Source: an uncultured Trueperaceae bacterium
GTDB lineage: Bacteria; Deinococcota; Deinococci; Deinococcales; Trueperaceae
DNA length: 64,000 nt
Direction of reading: 5' to 3'
Assembly (NCBI GenBank): GCA_963727505.1
Contig: CAVSGP010000009.1
Location: 480,001-544,000 of the forward strand
Shown in pieces: positions 19,541 through 32,135 of the stretch (position 1 is its first letter; every line of letters starts with the position of its first letter). Under the pieces are notes generated by a model that did no database searches, was not told where the DNA came from, and worked only from the letters and a program-made list of their open reading frames with translations. The position numbers were made by a program, and so were the translations under genes.

Positions 19541-20425
19541 TCAGAGGATCTTCTTGCCGAGGAGGCTCGCCGCCATCTCCACCATGATGGCGGCGCTTCG
19601 ATTCTGGCTGTCCAGGATCGGGTTCACCTCGACCAGGTCGAGGCTGGTGGGGCGCCCGGAGTCGGCCAGCAGTTCCATGAGCAGATGCGCCTCGCGGTAG
19701 CTGAGTCCGCCCGGGACCGGTGTGCCCACGCCCGGGGCGAGGTCGGGGTCGAGCGCGTCGGCGTCGAACGACACGTGCAGCCGGTCCACGTGCGCCAGTC
19801 GCTCGAGCACCTCAGCGGCCACCCGGGCGATGCCGCGTTGGTCGATGTCCTTCATGGTGTAAGCGGAGACGTTCGCATCGCGGATGAGGGCCTTTTCTCC
19901 CTCGTCGATGCTCCGCAGCCCCACGAACACCAGGTCCTCCGGCGCGAGGGCCGCGCCGCCTCCCCAGATGCCGGTGAGGCGAGGGTCGCCGTGGCCGAGA
20001 AGGTGGGCGAGCGGCATGCCGTGGATGTTGCCACTCGGGCTCGTGTCGGGAGTGTTCAGGTCGGCGTGGGCGTCGACCCACACGACGCCTGTGCGCTGGC
20101 CGCCCGCGGCGCCCGGGACCGTCCCCATGCTGACGGAGTGATCGCCTCCCAGGGAGATGACGAAGGTGTCGTCGTCCAGTGTGCGCAGGCGCTCGTAGGT
20201 GGCGCCGCAGGTCGCAGCGATGGCGTCGGCGTAGTGGAGGCCGTTCGGGTTCGGCACGGCCTCGGGGACGGGGACTTCGACGTTGCCGAGGTCGGTCACC
20301 TGGTGACCGAGGGCGGCCAGGCTGGGGGCAAGGCGGGCGAGGCGCAGGGCGCTCGGGCCCATGTCGACCCCCCGGCGTCCCGCGCCGAGGTCCATCGGAA
20401 TTCCGAGTATGCTGATTCGAGGCAC
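19541..20425 (-). CDS. rocF: Arginase
   Basis: RGVDMGP, GGDHS, DAHADLN, SGNIHGMP, SFDADALDP, EVNP; GTG start 5 nt after TATGTT. Confidence 0.93.
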   Translation of the reverse strand: MPRISILGIPMDLGAGRRGVDMGPSALRLARLAPSLAALGHQVTDLGNVEVPVPEAVPNPNGLHYADAIAATCGATYERLRTLDDDTFVISLGGDHSVSMGTVPGAAGGQRTGVVWVDAHADLNTPDTSPSGNIHGMPLAHLLGHGDPRLTGIWGGGAALAPEDLVFVGLRSIDEGEKALIRDANVSAYTMKDIDQRGIARVAAEVLERLAHVDRLHVSFDADALDPDLAPGVGTPVPGGLSYREAHLLMELLADSGRPTSLDLVEVNPILDSQNRSAAIMVEMAASLLGKKIL

Positions 20426-20462
20426 GCCTGAACATAACACGAGCGCCGTCCAGGACGCTAAT

Positions 20463-20501
20463 CATGCATCTGTATGCGACACTGCATGATGGATATGCAG
20501 G
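20463..20501. promoter_or_regulatory. Tandem ARG-box-like ArgR operator upstream of arginase
   Basis: Minus-strand cores TGCATATCCATCAT and CGCATACAGATGCA, 21 bp apart. Confidence 0.65.
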
Positions 20502-20549
20502 AGTGCTTGCAAAGGCGCTCGCGGCGCACGAACGAGGCGACGCAGGGGT

Positions 20550-21995
20550 TCAGTCCTGCGCCGGCCAGTGCCAGTAGCGCCCTTCGCGGTCGAGCAGGGC
20601 GTAGGCGGCGTCCGGGCCCATGCTGCCGGCCTCGTAGAACATCGGCGTCGGGCGGGCCTCGCGTATGCGGTCGAGCAGCGGCGTGATCACCCGCCACTGA
20701 GCCTCGACCTCGTCGGCGCGCATGAACAGGGTGGCGTCGCCCAGCATCACGTCCAGCAGCAACGTCTCGTAGGCGTCCGGGTTGGGACTGTCGAAGCTGC
20801 GACCGTAGAGGAAGTCGAGGCTGATGCGCTCCAGCTCGATGCCCTGGCCGGGACGCTTGCCGTTGAAGCGCAGCACGATGCCCTCGTCGGGGACCAGCCT
20901 CAGCACCAGGCGGTCGGCCTTGAGCAGCGAGGGCAGGTCGAACGGCACGTGTGGCGGGGTCTTGAACTGCAGCACGATCTCGGTGGCCTTCATCTCCAGG
21001 CGCTTGCCGGAGCGGATGTAGAAGGGTACGCCCGACCAACGCCAGTTGCGGAGCTCGAGCTCGACGGCGGCGAAGGTCGCCTGCCTGGAGCGCGGGTCGA
21101 CGCCGTCCTCCTCGCGATAGCCCATCATGCCGTTGCCCGACACGTACTGTCCCAGCACGGCGTTCTCGGGTCGGACGCAGCGCAGCGCGTCGAACACCTT
21201 GACCTTCTCGTCGCGCACGCTGTGGGCGTCGTAGCGCGCCGGGGGCTCCATCGCCACCAGCGCCACCAGCTGCAGCAGGTGGTTCTGGAACACGTCTCGC
21301 AGCACGCCGGCCGACTCGTAGAAGCTGCCCCGCCCCTCCACGCCCATGGGCTCGACCATGGTGATCTGCACGTGGTCCACGTAGCGGTTGCTCCATACCG
21401 GCTCGAAGATGCTGTTCGCGAAGCGCAGCACCGCCAGGTTCTGGGCCGTCTCCTTGGCGAGGTAGTGGTCGATGCGGTAGACCTGGTCCTCTCGGAACCT
21501 CTCCAGGACCTGCCTGTTGAGCTCCTGTGCGGTCGAGAGGTCGTCCCCGAAGGGTTTCTCGATCACCAATCTGGACCAGCCGTTGTCCTCGTGATGGAGG
21601 CCGGCATCGGCCAGGTTGCGCACGATCGGCTCATAGGTCTGGGGCGGAGTGGCGGTGTAGAAGATGCGGTTGCCCCCTCCCCAGGCCTCGAGGCGCTCGG
21701 CCAGGCGCTGAAAGCCTTCGAGCTCGTCGTAGCCGCCCTGGACGTAGTGGATCCGCTCCTCCAGGGCGTTCCACGCCCCGTCGTCATGCCACGCGGCGTG
21801 TCGGGCCAGCGCTTCGCGCAATTGGGCCCGCAACGCTTCGTCGCTCAGCGGGCTCCGCCCGTAGCCGACGAGGATCGTGCCCTCGTCGAGCGCCCCCTGG
21901 CGGTGGAGCTGGAACAGCGCGGGCAGGAGTTTGCGCGCCGCCAGGTCACCGGTGATGCCGAAGATCACGAATGCCGTCGGGGGCGCCTTCGGCAC
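20550..21995 (-). CDS. zwf: Glucose-6-phosphate 1-dehydrogenase
   Basis: IFGITGDLA, EKPFG, RIDHYLAKE, RDVFQNH, WSGVPFYIRSGK. Confidence 0.96.
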   Translation of the reverse strand: MPKAPPTAFVIFGITGDLAARKLLPALFQLHRQGALDEGTILVGYGRSPLSDEALRAQLREALARHAAWHDDGAWNALEERIHYVQGGYDELEGFQRLAERLEAWGGGNRIFYTATPPQTYEPIVRNLADAGLHHEDNGWSRLVIEKPFGDDLSTAQELNRQVLERFREDQVYRIDHYLAKETAQNLAVLRFANSIFEPVWSNRYVDHVQITMVEPMGVEGRGSFYESAGVLRDVFQNHLLQLVALVAMEPPARYDAHSVRDEKVKVFDALRCVRPENAVLGQYVSGNGMMGYREEDGVDPRSRQATFAAVELELRNWRWSGVPFYIRSGKRLEMKATEIVLQFKTPPHVPFDLPSLLKADRLVLRLVPDEGIVLRFNGKRPGQGIELERISLDFLYGRSFDSPNPDAYETLLLDVMLGDATLFMRADEVEAQWRVITPLLDRIREARPTPMFYEAGSMGPDAAYALLDREGRYWHWPAQD

Positions 21996-21996
21996 C

Positions 21997-24272
<2,276 letters not shown>

Positions 24273-24291
24273 GCGCCGGGCATCCCGCCGC

Positions 24292-24319
24292 GCTCAGATC
24301 GCCAGGCTCAGATCGCCAG
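24292..24319. repeat. Perfect 2 x 14 bp tandem duplication covering the pfkA stop codon
   Basis: GCTCAGATCGCCAG at 24292 and 24306. Confidence 0.9.
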
Positions 24320-25275
24320 CACGCCCGCCATCTCGACGAGTTCCCAGTCGATGTCCTTGTGGAGCTCCCAGACGTCCTTCAGGGGGACGTGCACGATGCC
24401 TCGCTTGTCGACGCCCACCATCACCCCGCTGCGCCCCTGGAGGAGGCTGCGCACCGCGTGGTAGCCGAGCCGTGAGGCCAGCACGCGGTCGCGCGTGGAG
24501 GGGGAGCCGCCGCGCTGGGTGTGGCCCAGGATGACGGTGCGCACCTCGTAGCCGCAGCGCTCGCGCACGCGGGCCTGCAGGTTCATGGCGCCGCCCTCGT
24601 AGGCTCCCTCCGCCACGATCACGATGCTCGAGCTCTTGCCCCGCTCCTGCGCCGCCACGATCATGTCGACGACGTCCTCCGCCTCGATGCGCACCTCCGG
24701 CAGCAGCACCGCCTCCGCCCCACCGGCGACCCCGACGTGGAGCGCGATGTGGCCGGAGTGGCGCCCCATGACCTCGACCAGGAACAGCGGTCATGGCTCG
24801 CAGCGGTGTCGCGGAGCCGGTCGACCGCGTCCAGCGCGATGTTGATGGCGGTATTGAAGCCGATCGAAACGTCGGTGCCGTAGATGTCGTTGTCGATGGT
24901 GGCGGGGATGCCGACGACGGGGAAGCCATGCTCCTCGAACAGCCGGTAGGCGCCGCGGAAGCTGCCGTCGCCGCCGATGACGATGAGGCCGTCGATGTCG
25001 TGAGAGCGGAGGTTGTCCGCCGCCCGCGCTCGCCCTCCGGGCTCCATGAAGGCCTCGGAGCGCGCGGTGCGGAGGATCGTGCCGCCGCGCTGGATGATGT
25101 TGGCGACGCTGCGGGCGCCGACCTCGACGATGTCGTTCTCGATCAGGCCCTGGTACCCTCGGTACACCGCGGAGATACGGACGCCGTCGTACACAGCGGT
25201 ACGGACGACCGCTCGGATGGCCGCGTTCATGCCAGGAGCGTCGCCCCCGCTGGTGAGGATGGCCAGGTGCTTCAT
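24308..25275 (-). pseudogene. pfkA: ATP-dependent 6-phosphofructokinase, frameshifted (pseudogene or sequencing error)
   Basis: The N-half ([29 protein letters not shown]) and C-half ([20 protein letters not shown]) are in different frames; one base is missing near 24787. Confidence 0.85.
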
Positions 25276-25406
25276 CGGCCGACCAGTATAGCCCTCCGGC
25301 AGCGCTCCCTTGGCGGGTCGTTCGTCCCCGGGCGGGATGGGAGCTCTCGAAGTGACGACATTGCCGCGAGGCACGGACGCCCGTGGGGTCGGGCTCGCCA
25401 CACGGT

Positions 25407-25422
25407 CGTGATGTTTGTCACG
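25407..25422. promoter_or_regulatory. CGTGA-N6-TCACG palindrome (Rex- or CRP/FNR-type site) between pfkA and pntA
   Basis: CGTGAtgtttgTCACG in the divergent promoter region. Confidence 0.5.
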
Positions 25423-25477
25423 TGGGACGAATGTCCGGTGGTTGCCGCTCGGAGGAGTGTGTCATCATCGAAGCCAA

Positions 25478-26623
25478 ATGAATATCGTCGCACTCAAGGA
25501 AACAGCTGCAGGCGAACGGCGAGTGGGGCTCACCCCCCAGATCGTCGACAAGCTCGTGCGGCTCGGCATGTCCGTGACGCTCGAACCCGGTATCGGCGAT
25601 ACGCTCTACCTCGCCGATGCGGCCTTTGAGAAAGTCGGGGCCACGTTCGAGCCCGATCGCGCAGCGCTGCTGAAGAAGGCCGATGCGCTGGTCGCCGTCA
25701 ACAAGCCCACGCCCGACGTGATCGAAGGCCTGCGGGAGGGGGCCATCGCGGTCAGCTTCCTCGATCCGTTCCGGAGCCCGGACACGGTGCGGGCGCTGGC
25801 CGACGCCAAGGTCAGCGCCTTCTGCATGGAGCTGATCCCGCGGACGACCTACGCCCAGAAGATGGACGCGCTCTCCAGCCAGGCGAGCCTGGCCGGCTAC
25901 GGGGCCGTGGTCATCGCCGCCGATCGCATCGACAAGTCCCTGCCGATGATGAGCACGCCGGCCGGCACCATCGCGCCGGCGCGCGTGTTCGTGGTGGGCG
26001 CCGGCGTGGCCGGCCTCCAGGCCATCGCCACGGCCAAGCGCCTGGGTGCGCGGGTCGAGGCCTACGACACCCGGCCGGTCGTCAAGGAGCAGGTGCAGTC
26101 GCTGGGCGCGCGCTTCGTCGAGATCGACGTGGGCGAGACCGGCCAGACCGAGCAGGGCTACGCCAAGGCCCTGACCGAGGAACAGCTCGACATGCAGCGC
26201 AAGCAGATGGCCAAGATCTGCGCCGGGGCGGACATCATCGTCACGACTGCGCAGGTGTTCGGCCGGCCCGCGCCCAAGATCATCTCGGGCGAGATGGTCG
26301 CCGGCATGCGCCCGGGCGCCGTCATCGTCGACCTCGCCGCCTCGACCGGCGGCAACGTCGAGGGCACGGTGGCGGACCAGGAGGTCCGCACCGACAACGG
26401 CGTGCTCATCGTCGGCCTCGGCAACTTCCCCGCCGAGGTGGCGCGGGACGCCAGCCAGATGTTCGCCAGCAACGTGTACTTCCTGCTGGAACACGCCTTC
26501 GACAAGGAGGCGGATGCACTCAAGCTCGACACCGAGGACGAGGTGGTCGGTGCGGCGCTGCTCACGCACGACGGGCAGATCCGCGACGGCCGCGTCCGCG
26601 AGGTTGTGGAGGGATCCAAGTGA
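25478..26623 (+). CDS. pntA: NAD(P) transhydrogenase subunit alpha, part 1 (dI)
   Basis: GERRVGLTP, AQKMDALSSQ, GAGVAGLQAIATAKRLGA, GGNVEG. Confidence 0.95.
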   Translation: MNIVALKETAAGERRVGLTPQIVDKLVRLGMSVTLEPGIGDTLYLADAAFEKVGATFEPDRAALLKKADALVAVNKPTPDVIEGLREGAIAVSFLDPFRSPDTVRALADAKVSAFCMELIPRTTYAQKMDALSSQASLAGYGAVVIAADRIDKSLPMMSTPAGTIAPARVFVVGAGVAGLQAIATAKRLGARVEAYDTRPVVKEQVQSLGARFVEIDVGETGQTEQGYAKALTEEQLDMQRKQMAKICAGADIIVTTAQVFGRPAPKIISGEMVAGMRPGAVIVDLAASTGGNVEGTVADQEVRTDNGVLIVGLGNFPAEVARDASQMFASNVYFLLEHAFDKEADALKLDTEDEVVGAALLTHDGQIRDGRVREVVEGSK

Positions 26624-26901
26624 CGATGCTTCTGTTGCTGTTCATCTTCGTGCTCTCCATCTTCCTGGGCCTGGAGCTGATCGGCAAGGTGCCGTCGCAG
26701 CTCCACACCCCGTTGATGTCGGGCTCGAACGCGATCTCGGGGATCAGTATCGTCGGGGCCCTTGCCGCTACGGCGATCCACGGCCCCTTCGGCACCTTCC
26801 TGGCGGTGCTCGCCGTGGCGTTCGCCACGATCAACGTGGTCGGCGGCTACCTGGTGACCGACCGTATGCTGGCGATGTTCAAGACCGGCAAGAAGGACTA
26901 G
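26620..26901 (+). CDS. NAD(P) transhydrogenase subunit alpha, part 2 (membrane)
   Basis: LHTPLMSGSNAISG, NVVGGYLVTDRML. Confidence 0.93.
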   Translation: MTMLLLLFIFVLSIFLGLELIGKVPSQLHTPLMSGSNAISGISIVGALAATAIHGPFGTFLAVLAVAFATINVVGGYLVTDRMLAMFKTGKKD

Positions 26902-26910
26902 GGAAGCGCC

Positions 26911-28290
26911 ATGACCACAGTCATCAACCTCTCGTACATCGTTTCAGCGATCCTGTTCATCCTCGGGCTCCAGATGCTCGGCCGGGTCGAGACCGCGCGC
27001 CGGGGCAACATGATCTCGGCCGTCGGCATGCTTCTCGCGATCATCGCGACGCTGTTGCTCGGCGGGCTCGACTACATCTGGATCATCGTCGGTCTGGTGG
27101 TGGGCGGCGCCATCGGCTGGTGGGCCGCGGCGGCGGTCAAGATGACCCAGATGCCGGAGATGGTGGCGCTGTTCAACGGCTCCGGCGGTCTGGCCTCGAT
27201 GCTGGTGGGCTGGGCGGAGTACATCCGCGACCCCAACCCGGGCGTCGTCACCTCCATCGCCATCTTCTTCGCGGTCCTCGTCGGGGCGGTGGCGTTCACA
27301 GGTTCCATGATCGCCTGGGCGAAGCTGGCCGAACGCATGGCCGGCAAGCCGATCCTGTTCAAGGGGCAGCAGCCCGTGAACGCCTTGATCGTAGGCGGCG
27401 CGCTGTTGCTGGGCATCATCTTCATCATCACGCCCGCCACGACGTACCCGCTGCTGCTCATCGTCATCCTGCTCTCGATGATCCTCGGCGTGCTCGCCGT
27501 CATCCCCATCGGCGGCGCCGACATGCCCATCGTGATCTCGCTGATGAACAGCTACTCCGGGGTCGCCGCGCTGGCGGCCGGCTTCGTGATCGGCAACAAC
27601 GTGCTGATCGTTGCCGGCACGTTGGTCGGAGCCTCCGGCCTGATCCTGACGCAGATCATGTGCAAGGCCATGAACCGCTCGCTCACCAACGTGCTGTTCA
27701 GCGGCTTCGGAGCCGTGACCACGGCCGGCACCATGAAGGTCGAGGGAGAGGTCAAGCCCATCACCGCCGAGGACGCCTACTACATCCTGGAGGCCGCCAG
27801 CTCGGTCGTCTTCGTGCCGGGCTACGGTATGGCCGTCGCTCAGGCGCAGCACGCCGTCAAGGAGCTTGCGGACCTGCTGCAACAGAACGGCGCCGAGGTC
27901 CGCTACGTCATCCACCCGGTGGCGGGGCGCATGCCAGGCCACATGAACGTGCTGCTGGCGGAGGCCAACGTGCCCTACGAGCAGTTGGTGGAGCCCGACG
28001 ACGTCAACCCCACCATGGAGATGGTGGACGTGGCGGTGGTCATCGGCGCCAACGACGTGGTCAACCCGGCTGCGCGCGAAGACGAGAGCAGCCCGCTCTA
28101 CGGAATGCCGATCATCAACGTCGACCACGCGCGTACCACCTTCGTGCTCAAGCGCTCGATGAACCCCGGTTTCTCCGGGGTGGACAACCCGCTGTTCTTC
28201 AAGCCGAACACGCGCATGCTGTTCGGTGACGCCAAGACGAGCATCAGCACGCTGGCGTCCGAGTTCAAGGAGGCGGCCGCGGCGGCCTGA
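26911..28290 (+). CDS. pntB: NAD(P) transhydrogenase subunit beta
   Basis: [53 protein letters not shown]. Confidence 0.96.
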   Translation: MTTVINLSYIVSAILFILGLQMLGRVETARRGNMISAVGMLLAIIATLLLGGLDYIWIIVGLVVGGAIGWWAAAAVKMTQMPEMVALFNGSGGLASMLVGWAEYIRDPNPGVVTSIAIFFAVLVGAVAFTGSMIAWAKLAERMAGKPILFKGQQPVNALIVGGALLLGIIFIITPATTYPLLLIVILLSMILGVLAVIPIGGADMPIVISLMNSYSGVAALAAGFVIGNNVLIVAGTLVGASGLILTQIMCKAMNRSLTNVLFSGFGAVTTAGTMKVEGEVKPITAEDAYYILEAASSVVFVPGYGMAVAQAQHAVKELADLLQQNGAEVRYVIHPVAGRMPGHMNVLLAEANVPYEQLVEPDDVNPTMEMVDVAVVIGANDVVNPAAREDESSPLYGMPIINVDHARTTFVLKRSMNPGFSGVDNPLFFKPNTRMLFGDAKTSISTLASEFKEAAAAA

Positions 28291-28307
28291 GGCCTTCGCT
28301 GACCCTG

Positions 28308-28342
28308 ACGCGCCCCTCCCCCGGTCCGGGGGAGGGGCGCGT
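28308..28342. terminator. Perfect 17-bp-arm inverted repeat after pntB (probable terminator or stabiliser)
   Basis: ACGCGCCCCTCCCCCGG-T-CCGGGGGAGGGGCGCGT; no strong U tract. Confidence 0.65.
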
Positions 28343-28418
28343 TCGCGTGGGCGCCTCCCGCTCGGACGACACGCTCCGCGCAACGGGCGGTGGAGAATGC
28401 TCGGCGGAAGGAGGCGCC

Positions 28419-29300
28419 ATGCCAGACGACTCTGCCACGCCATCCACCACCTTCGCCATCGGGGGTGACCTCACCGTCCACAGGCTCGGCTTCGGGGCCA
28501 TGCGCATCACCGGCCCCGGCATCTGGGAGGATCCTGAGGATCCGGCCGAGGCGCGCCGCGTTCTGGAAGGCCTGAGCGACCTCGGGGTCGACTTCGTCGA
28601 CACCGCCGATGCGTACGGGCCGTTCGTGAGCGAGGACCTGTTGCGCGAAGCGCTCCACCCGTACCGCGGCATGGTGATCGCCACCAAGGGTGGGCTGACC
28701 CGCCACGGGCCCGATGTGTGGGAGCCCGTGGGCCGCCCCGAGTACCTCCGCCAGTGCGTGCTGATGAGCCTCCGGCGGCTGGGCGTCGAGCGCATCGACC
28801 TGTGGCAGCTCCATCGCATCGACCCACAGGTGCCGCGCGACGAGCAGTTCGGTGTCATGAAACAGATGCAGGACGAGGGACTCATCCGTCACCTGGGCCT
28901 GAGCGAGGTCGGCGTCGAGGAGATCGAAGCGGCCCGTCGCGTCTTCGAGGTCACGACCGTCCAGAACCTCTACAATCTCTCGAACCGACAGAGCGAGGAG
29001 GTGCTGGAGTACTGCGAGGCCCACGGCATCGGGTTCATCCCCTGGTTCCCGCTGGCCGCTGGAGAGCTGGCACGACCCGGTGGCCTGCTCGATGCCGTGG
29101 CGGAGCGCAACGGGGCCACGCGCGGTCAGGTCGCATTGGCCTGGCTGCTCGCGCGCAGCCCGGTGATGCTTCCGATCCCCGGAACGGGGCGGCTGGCGCA
29201 CCTTCAGGACAACGTTGGCGCCGTGTCGCTCACGCTCGGCGAGGATGACTTCCGGTCGCTGGACGAGCAGGGAAGGGAAGCCTGGCAAGGCGGCCGCTAG
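28419..29300 (+). CDS. Aldo/keto reductase
   Basis: [45 protein letters not shown]. Confidence 0.92.
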   Translation: MPDDSATPSTTFAIGGDLTVHRLGFGAMRITGPGIWEDPEDPAEARRVLEGLSDLGVDFVDTADAYGPFVSEDLLREALHPYRGMVIATKGGLTRHGPDVWEPVGRPEYLRQCVLMSLRRLGVERIDLWQLHRIDPQVPRDEQFGVMKQMQDEGLIRHLGLSEVGVEEIEAARRVFEVTTVQNLYNLSNRQSEEVLEYCEAHGIGFIPWFPLAAGELARPGGLLDAVAERNGATRGQVALAWLLARSPVMLPIPGTGRLAHLQDNVGAVSLTLGEDDFRSLDEQGREAWQGGR

Positions 29301-29339
29301 GCCTCCCCAATCCCCCGCCGAACATTGACACGCAATAAA

Positions 29340-29369
29340 CTTGACATGCCGGCACTCAGGTTTTAGCAT
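29340..29369 (+). promoter_or_regulatory. clpB sigma70 promoter (TTGACA-17-TAGCAT) overlapped by a HAIR-like HspR operator
   Basis: TTGACA 29341-46, TAGCAT 29364-69; CTTGACA-N7-ACTCAGG matches 11/14 of CTTGAGT-N7-ACTCAAG. Confidence 0.75.
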
Positions 29370-29376
29370 CGAGATC

Positions 29377-31962
29377 ATGGATGCCGAGCGTTTCACCGAG
29401 ACCGCGCTCCAGCTGGTCGCGAGCGCACAGCAGATCGCCAGGACCCGCCATCATCAGCAGGTCGGTCCGGCCCACTTGGCGGCGGCCCTTCTGGCCGACC
29501 GCCAGGGGCCGCCGGCGCGTGTCGTCGAGCGCGCCGGCGGCGACCTCGCGCAGGTCCAGGCTGCCGTCGACGTGGTGCTCGGAAGGCTCCCGGCCGTTAC
29601 CGGGGCCGATGCCCAGGCAGCCCAATACCTCGGTTCGGAGCTGCAGGCAACGTTCGATCGCGCCGAGGAGCTGGCGCGGTCGTGGGGCGATCAGTTCGTC
29701 GCGGCCGACGCCTTGCTGGTGGCGCTGCGCGAGAAGGGGGGCGAGGCGGTCCGCGCCCTGCCGAGCGCCGCCGCCCTGACCGAAGCTGCGCAGGCGATCC
29801 GGGGCGGACGCAACGTGGAGAGCCGCACCGCAGAGTCGAGCTTCGAGGCGTTGGAGCGCTACGGTATCGACCTCACCCAACGCGCCCGCGAGGGGGGCCT
29901 CGACCCGGTGATCGGGCGCGACGAGGAGATCCGTCGCGCCGTGCAGATCCTGCTGCGTCGGACCAAGAACAACCCGGTGCTGATCGGCGAGCCCGGCGTC
30001 GGCAAGACGGCCATCGCCGAGGGGCTGGCCCAGCGCATCGTTCACAAGGACGTCCCGGAGGGGCTGCAGGGCAAGCGCGTCATCCAGCTCGACATGGGCA
30101 GCTTGCTCGCCGGCGCGAAGTACCGCGGCGAGTTCGAGGAGCGGCTCAAGGGCGTCATCCAGGAGACCGTCCGCTCCAAGGGCGAGATCCTGCTGTTCAT
30201 CGATGAACTGCACACGATCGTGGGGGCGGGCAAGGCCGAGGGAGCGGTGGATGCCGGCAACATGCTCAAGCCGCCGCTGGCGCGCGGCGAGCTCCGCATG
30301 ATCGGGGCCACCACCCTCAACGAGTACCGCGACATCGAGAAGGACGCTGCCCTGGAGCGTCGTTTCCAACCGATCCTGGTCGACGAGCCCAGCATGGAGG
30401 AGACGATCAGCATCCTGCGCGGGCTCAAGGAGAAGTACGAGGTCCATCACGGGGTGCGCATCAGCGACCCCGCCATCATCGCGGCGGCAACCATGGCCCA
30501 GCGCTACATCGCCGACCGGCGCCTGCCCGACTCGGCCATCGACCTCATCGACGAGGCCGCCAGCCGCATCCGGGTCCAGCTCGACAGCCTTCCCGAAGAG
30601 ATCGACGGCCTGCGGCGTCGCAAGCTCCAGCTCGAGATCGAGCAGGAGGCCCTCAAGCGGGAGGATGATCCCGACTCGGCGCAACGGCTGGCACGCATCG
30701 AGGAGGAGCTCCAGGCCATCGAGGGCCAGATCGAGCGCGCTCAGTCGGACTGGGAGGCCGAGAGGAGCGTGCTCGAGGAGCTGCGTGGCAGCCAGGAGCA
30801 GCTCGACGCGGTCCGCACGCAGATCGACCGGGCCGAGCGCGAGTACGACCTGGAGAAGGCGGCACAGCTGCGCTACGGCGAGCTCCCCAAGCTCGAGCGC
30901 AGCCTGCGGGAGCTGAGCGAGCGACTCGAGGGTGCCCGCTACGTGCGCCTGGAGGTGGGAGAGAACGAGGTGGCCGAGGTGGTCAGCCGCACCACCGGCA
31001 TCCCGGTATCCCGCCTGATGGAGGGCGAGCGCGAGAAGCTGCTCGAGCTCGAGACCGCCCTGCACGAGCGCGTGGTCGGCCAGGACGAGGCGATCACCGC
31101 TGTCGCCGACGCGATCCGCCGGTCGCGCGCGGGTCTGGCAGACCCGCGCCGTCCCATCGGCTCGTTCATCTTCCTGGGACCCACCGGGGTGGGCAAGACG
31201 GAGACCGCCAGGGCACTGGCCCAGCAGCTCTTCGACACCGAAGACAACATGGTCCGGCTCGATATGAGCGAGTACATGGAGAAGCACACCGTGGCCAAGC
31301 TCATCGGGGCGCCTCCCGGCTACATCGGTTACGACGAGGGCGGCCAGCTCACCGAGGCCGTACGTCGTCACCCCTACAGCGTGATCCTCTTCGACGAGAT
31401 CGAGAAGGCACACCCCGACGTGTTCAACACCCTGTTGCAGATGCTCGACGACGGTCGCCTCACGGACTCCCACGGGCGCACGGTCGATTTCCGCAACACC
31501 GTGGTGATCATGACCAGCAACATCGGCAGCCCCCAGATCCTGGAGGCGGCCCGGGCGGGCGCCGACTACGATCAGCTCCGGAATACCGTGTTCGGACTGC
31601 TGCAGGAACACTTCCGCCCGGAGTTCCTCAACCGCGTCGACGACATCATCGTGTTCCACGCGCTCACGCGCGAGCAGGTAGAAGCGATCGCCGCCATCCA
31701 GCTCGAGCAGGTGAGGGGGCGCCTTGCCGAGCGCCACATCCGGCTCGAGCTGAGCCCGGCCGCCATGGACGAGCTCGCCCGGCGCGGCTTCGATCCCGTC
31801 TTCGGGGCGCGCCCGCTCAAGCGCGCGGTGCGCCAGTACATCGAGACGCCGCTATCCCGGTCGATCATCGCCGGGGACGTTCAGGACGGTGATCGGGTGG
31901 TGGTGGAGGTGGGCGAGACCGGCTTCCGCTTCGAGACGCAGGAACCCGCCGCGGCCAACTGA
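29377..31962 (+). CDS. clpB: ATP-dependent chaperone ClpB
   Basis: [20 protein letters not shown], coiled-coil M domain, [16 protein letters not shown]. Confidence 0.97.
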   Translation: MDAERFTETALQLVASAQQIARTRHHQQVGPAHLAAALLADRQGPPARVVERAGGDLAQVQAAVDVVLGRLPAVTGADAQAAQYLGSELQATFDRAEELARSWGDQFVAADALLVALREKGGEAVRALPSAAALTEAAQAIRGGRNVESRTAESSFEALERYGIDLTQRAREGGLDPVIGRDEEIRRAVQILLRRTKNNPVLIGEPGVGKTAIAEGLAQRIVHKDVPEGLQGKRVIQLDMGSLLAGAKYRGEFEERLKGVIQETVRSKGEILLFIDELHTIVGAGKAEGAVDAGNMLKPPLARGELRMIGATTLNEYRDIEKDAALERRFQPILVDEPSMEETISILRGLKEKYEVHHGVRISDPAIIAAATMAQRYIADRRLPDSAIDLIDEAASRIRVQLDSLPEEIDGLRRRKLQLEIEQEALKREDDPDSAQRLARIEEELQAIEGQIERAQSDWEAERSVLEELRGSQEQLDAVRTQIDRAEREYDLEKAAQLRYGELPKLERSLRELSERLEGARYVRLEVGENEVAEVVSRTTGIPVSRLMEGEREKLLELETALHERVVGQDEAITAVADAIRRSRAGLADPRRPIGSFIFLGPTGVGKTETARALAQQLFDTEDNMVRLDMSEYMEKHTVAKLIGAPPGYIGYDEGGQLTEAVRRHPYSVILFDEIEKAHPDVFNTLLQMLDDGRLTDSHGRTVDFRNTVVIMTSNIGSPQILEAARAGADYDQLRNTVFGLLQEHFRPEFLNRVDDIIVFHALTREQVEAIAAIQLEQVRGRLAERHIRLELSPAAMDELARRGFDPVFGARPLKRAVRQYIETPLSRSIIAGDVQDGDRVVVEVGETGFRFETQEPAAAN

Positions 31963-32010
31963 GTCCGAGGCGTGCCGTCGGGGGCGTGCTGCCGGGAACG
32001 CCCCCGACGG

Positions 32011-32046
32011 CCGGCCCGATCCCCGGCCTGATCCCCGGCCCGATCT
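32011..32046. repeat. 3 x 12 bp tandem repeat CCGGCC(C/T)GATC(C/T)
   Basis: Copies at 32011, 32023 and 32035 between clpB and asnB. Confidence 0.85.
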
Positions 32047-32135
32047 TCATGGTGCGGTACGGTGGGCCCCGCCGCCGCCGGAGCGTTTCGGAGAACGCCG
32101 AGCGCGCCGCGCACGTGCGAGCGGAAGGGATCGGC

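Noticed and set aside
24770..24800. Programmed ribosomal frameshift in pfkA
   Set aside because: No slippery heptamer or obvious stimulatory element; a simple 1-nt loss explains it
29356..31737. Long antisense/alternative-frame ORFs (e.g. 793 aa opposite clpB, 709 aa opposite gltX, 737 aa opposite TPR/rqcH)
   Set aside because: Shadow ORFs expected from high GC and codon bias; no recognisable motifs
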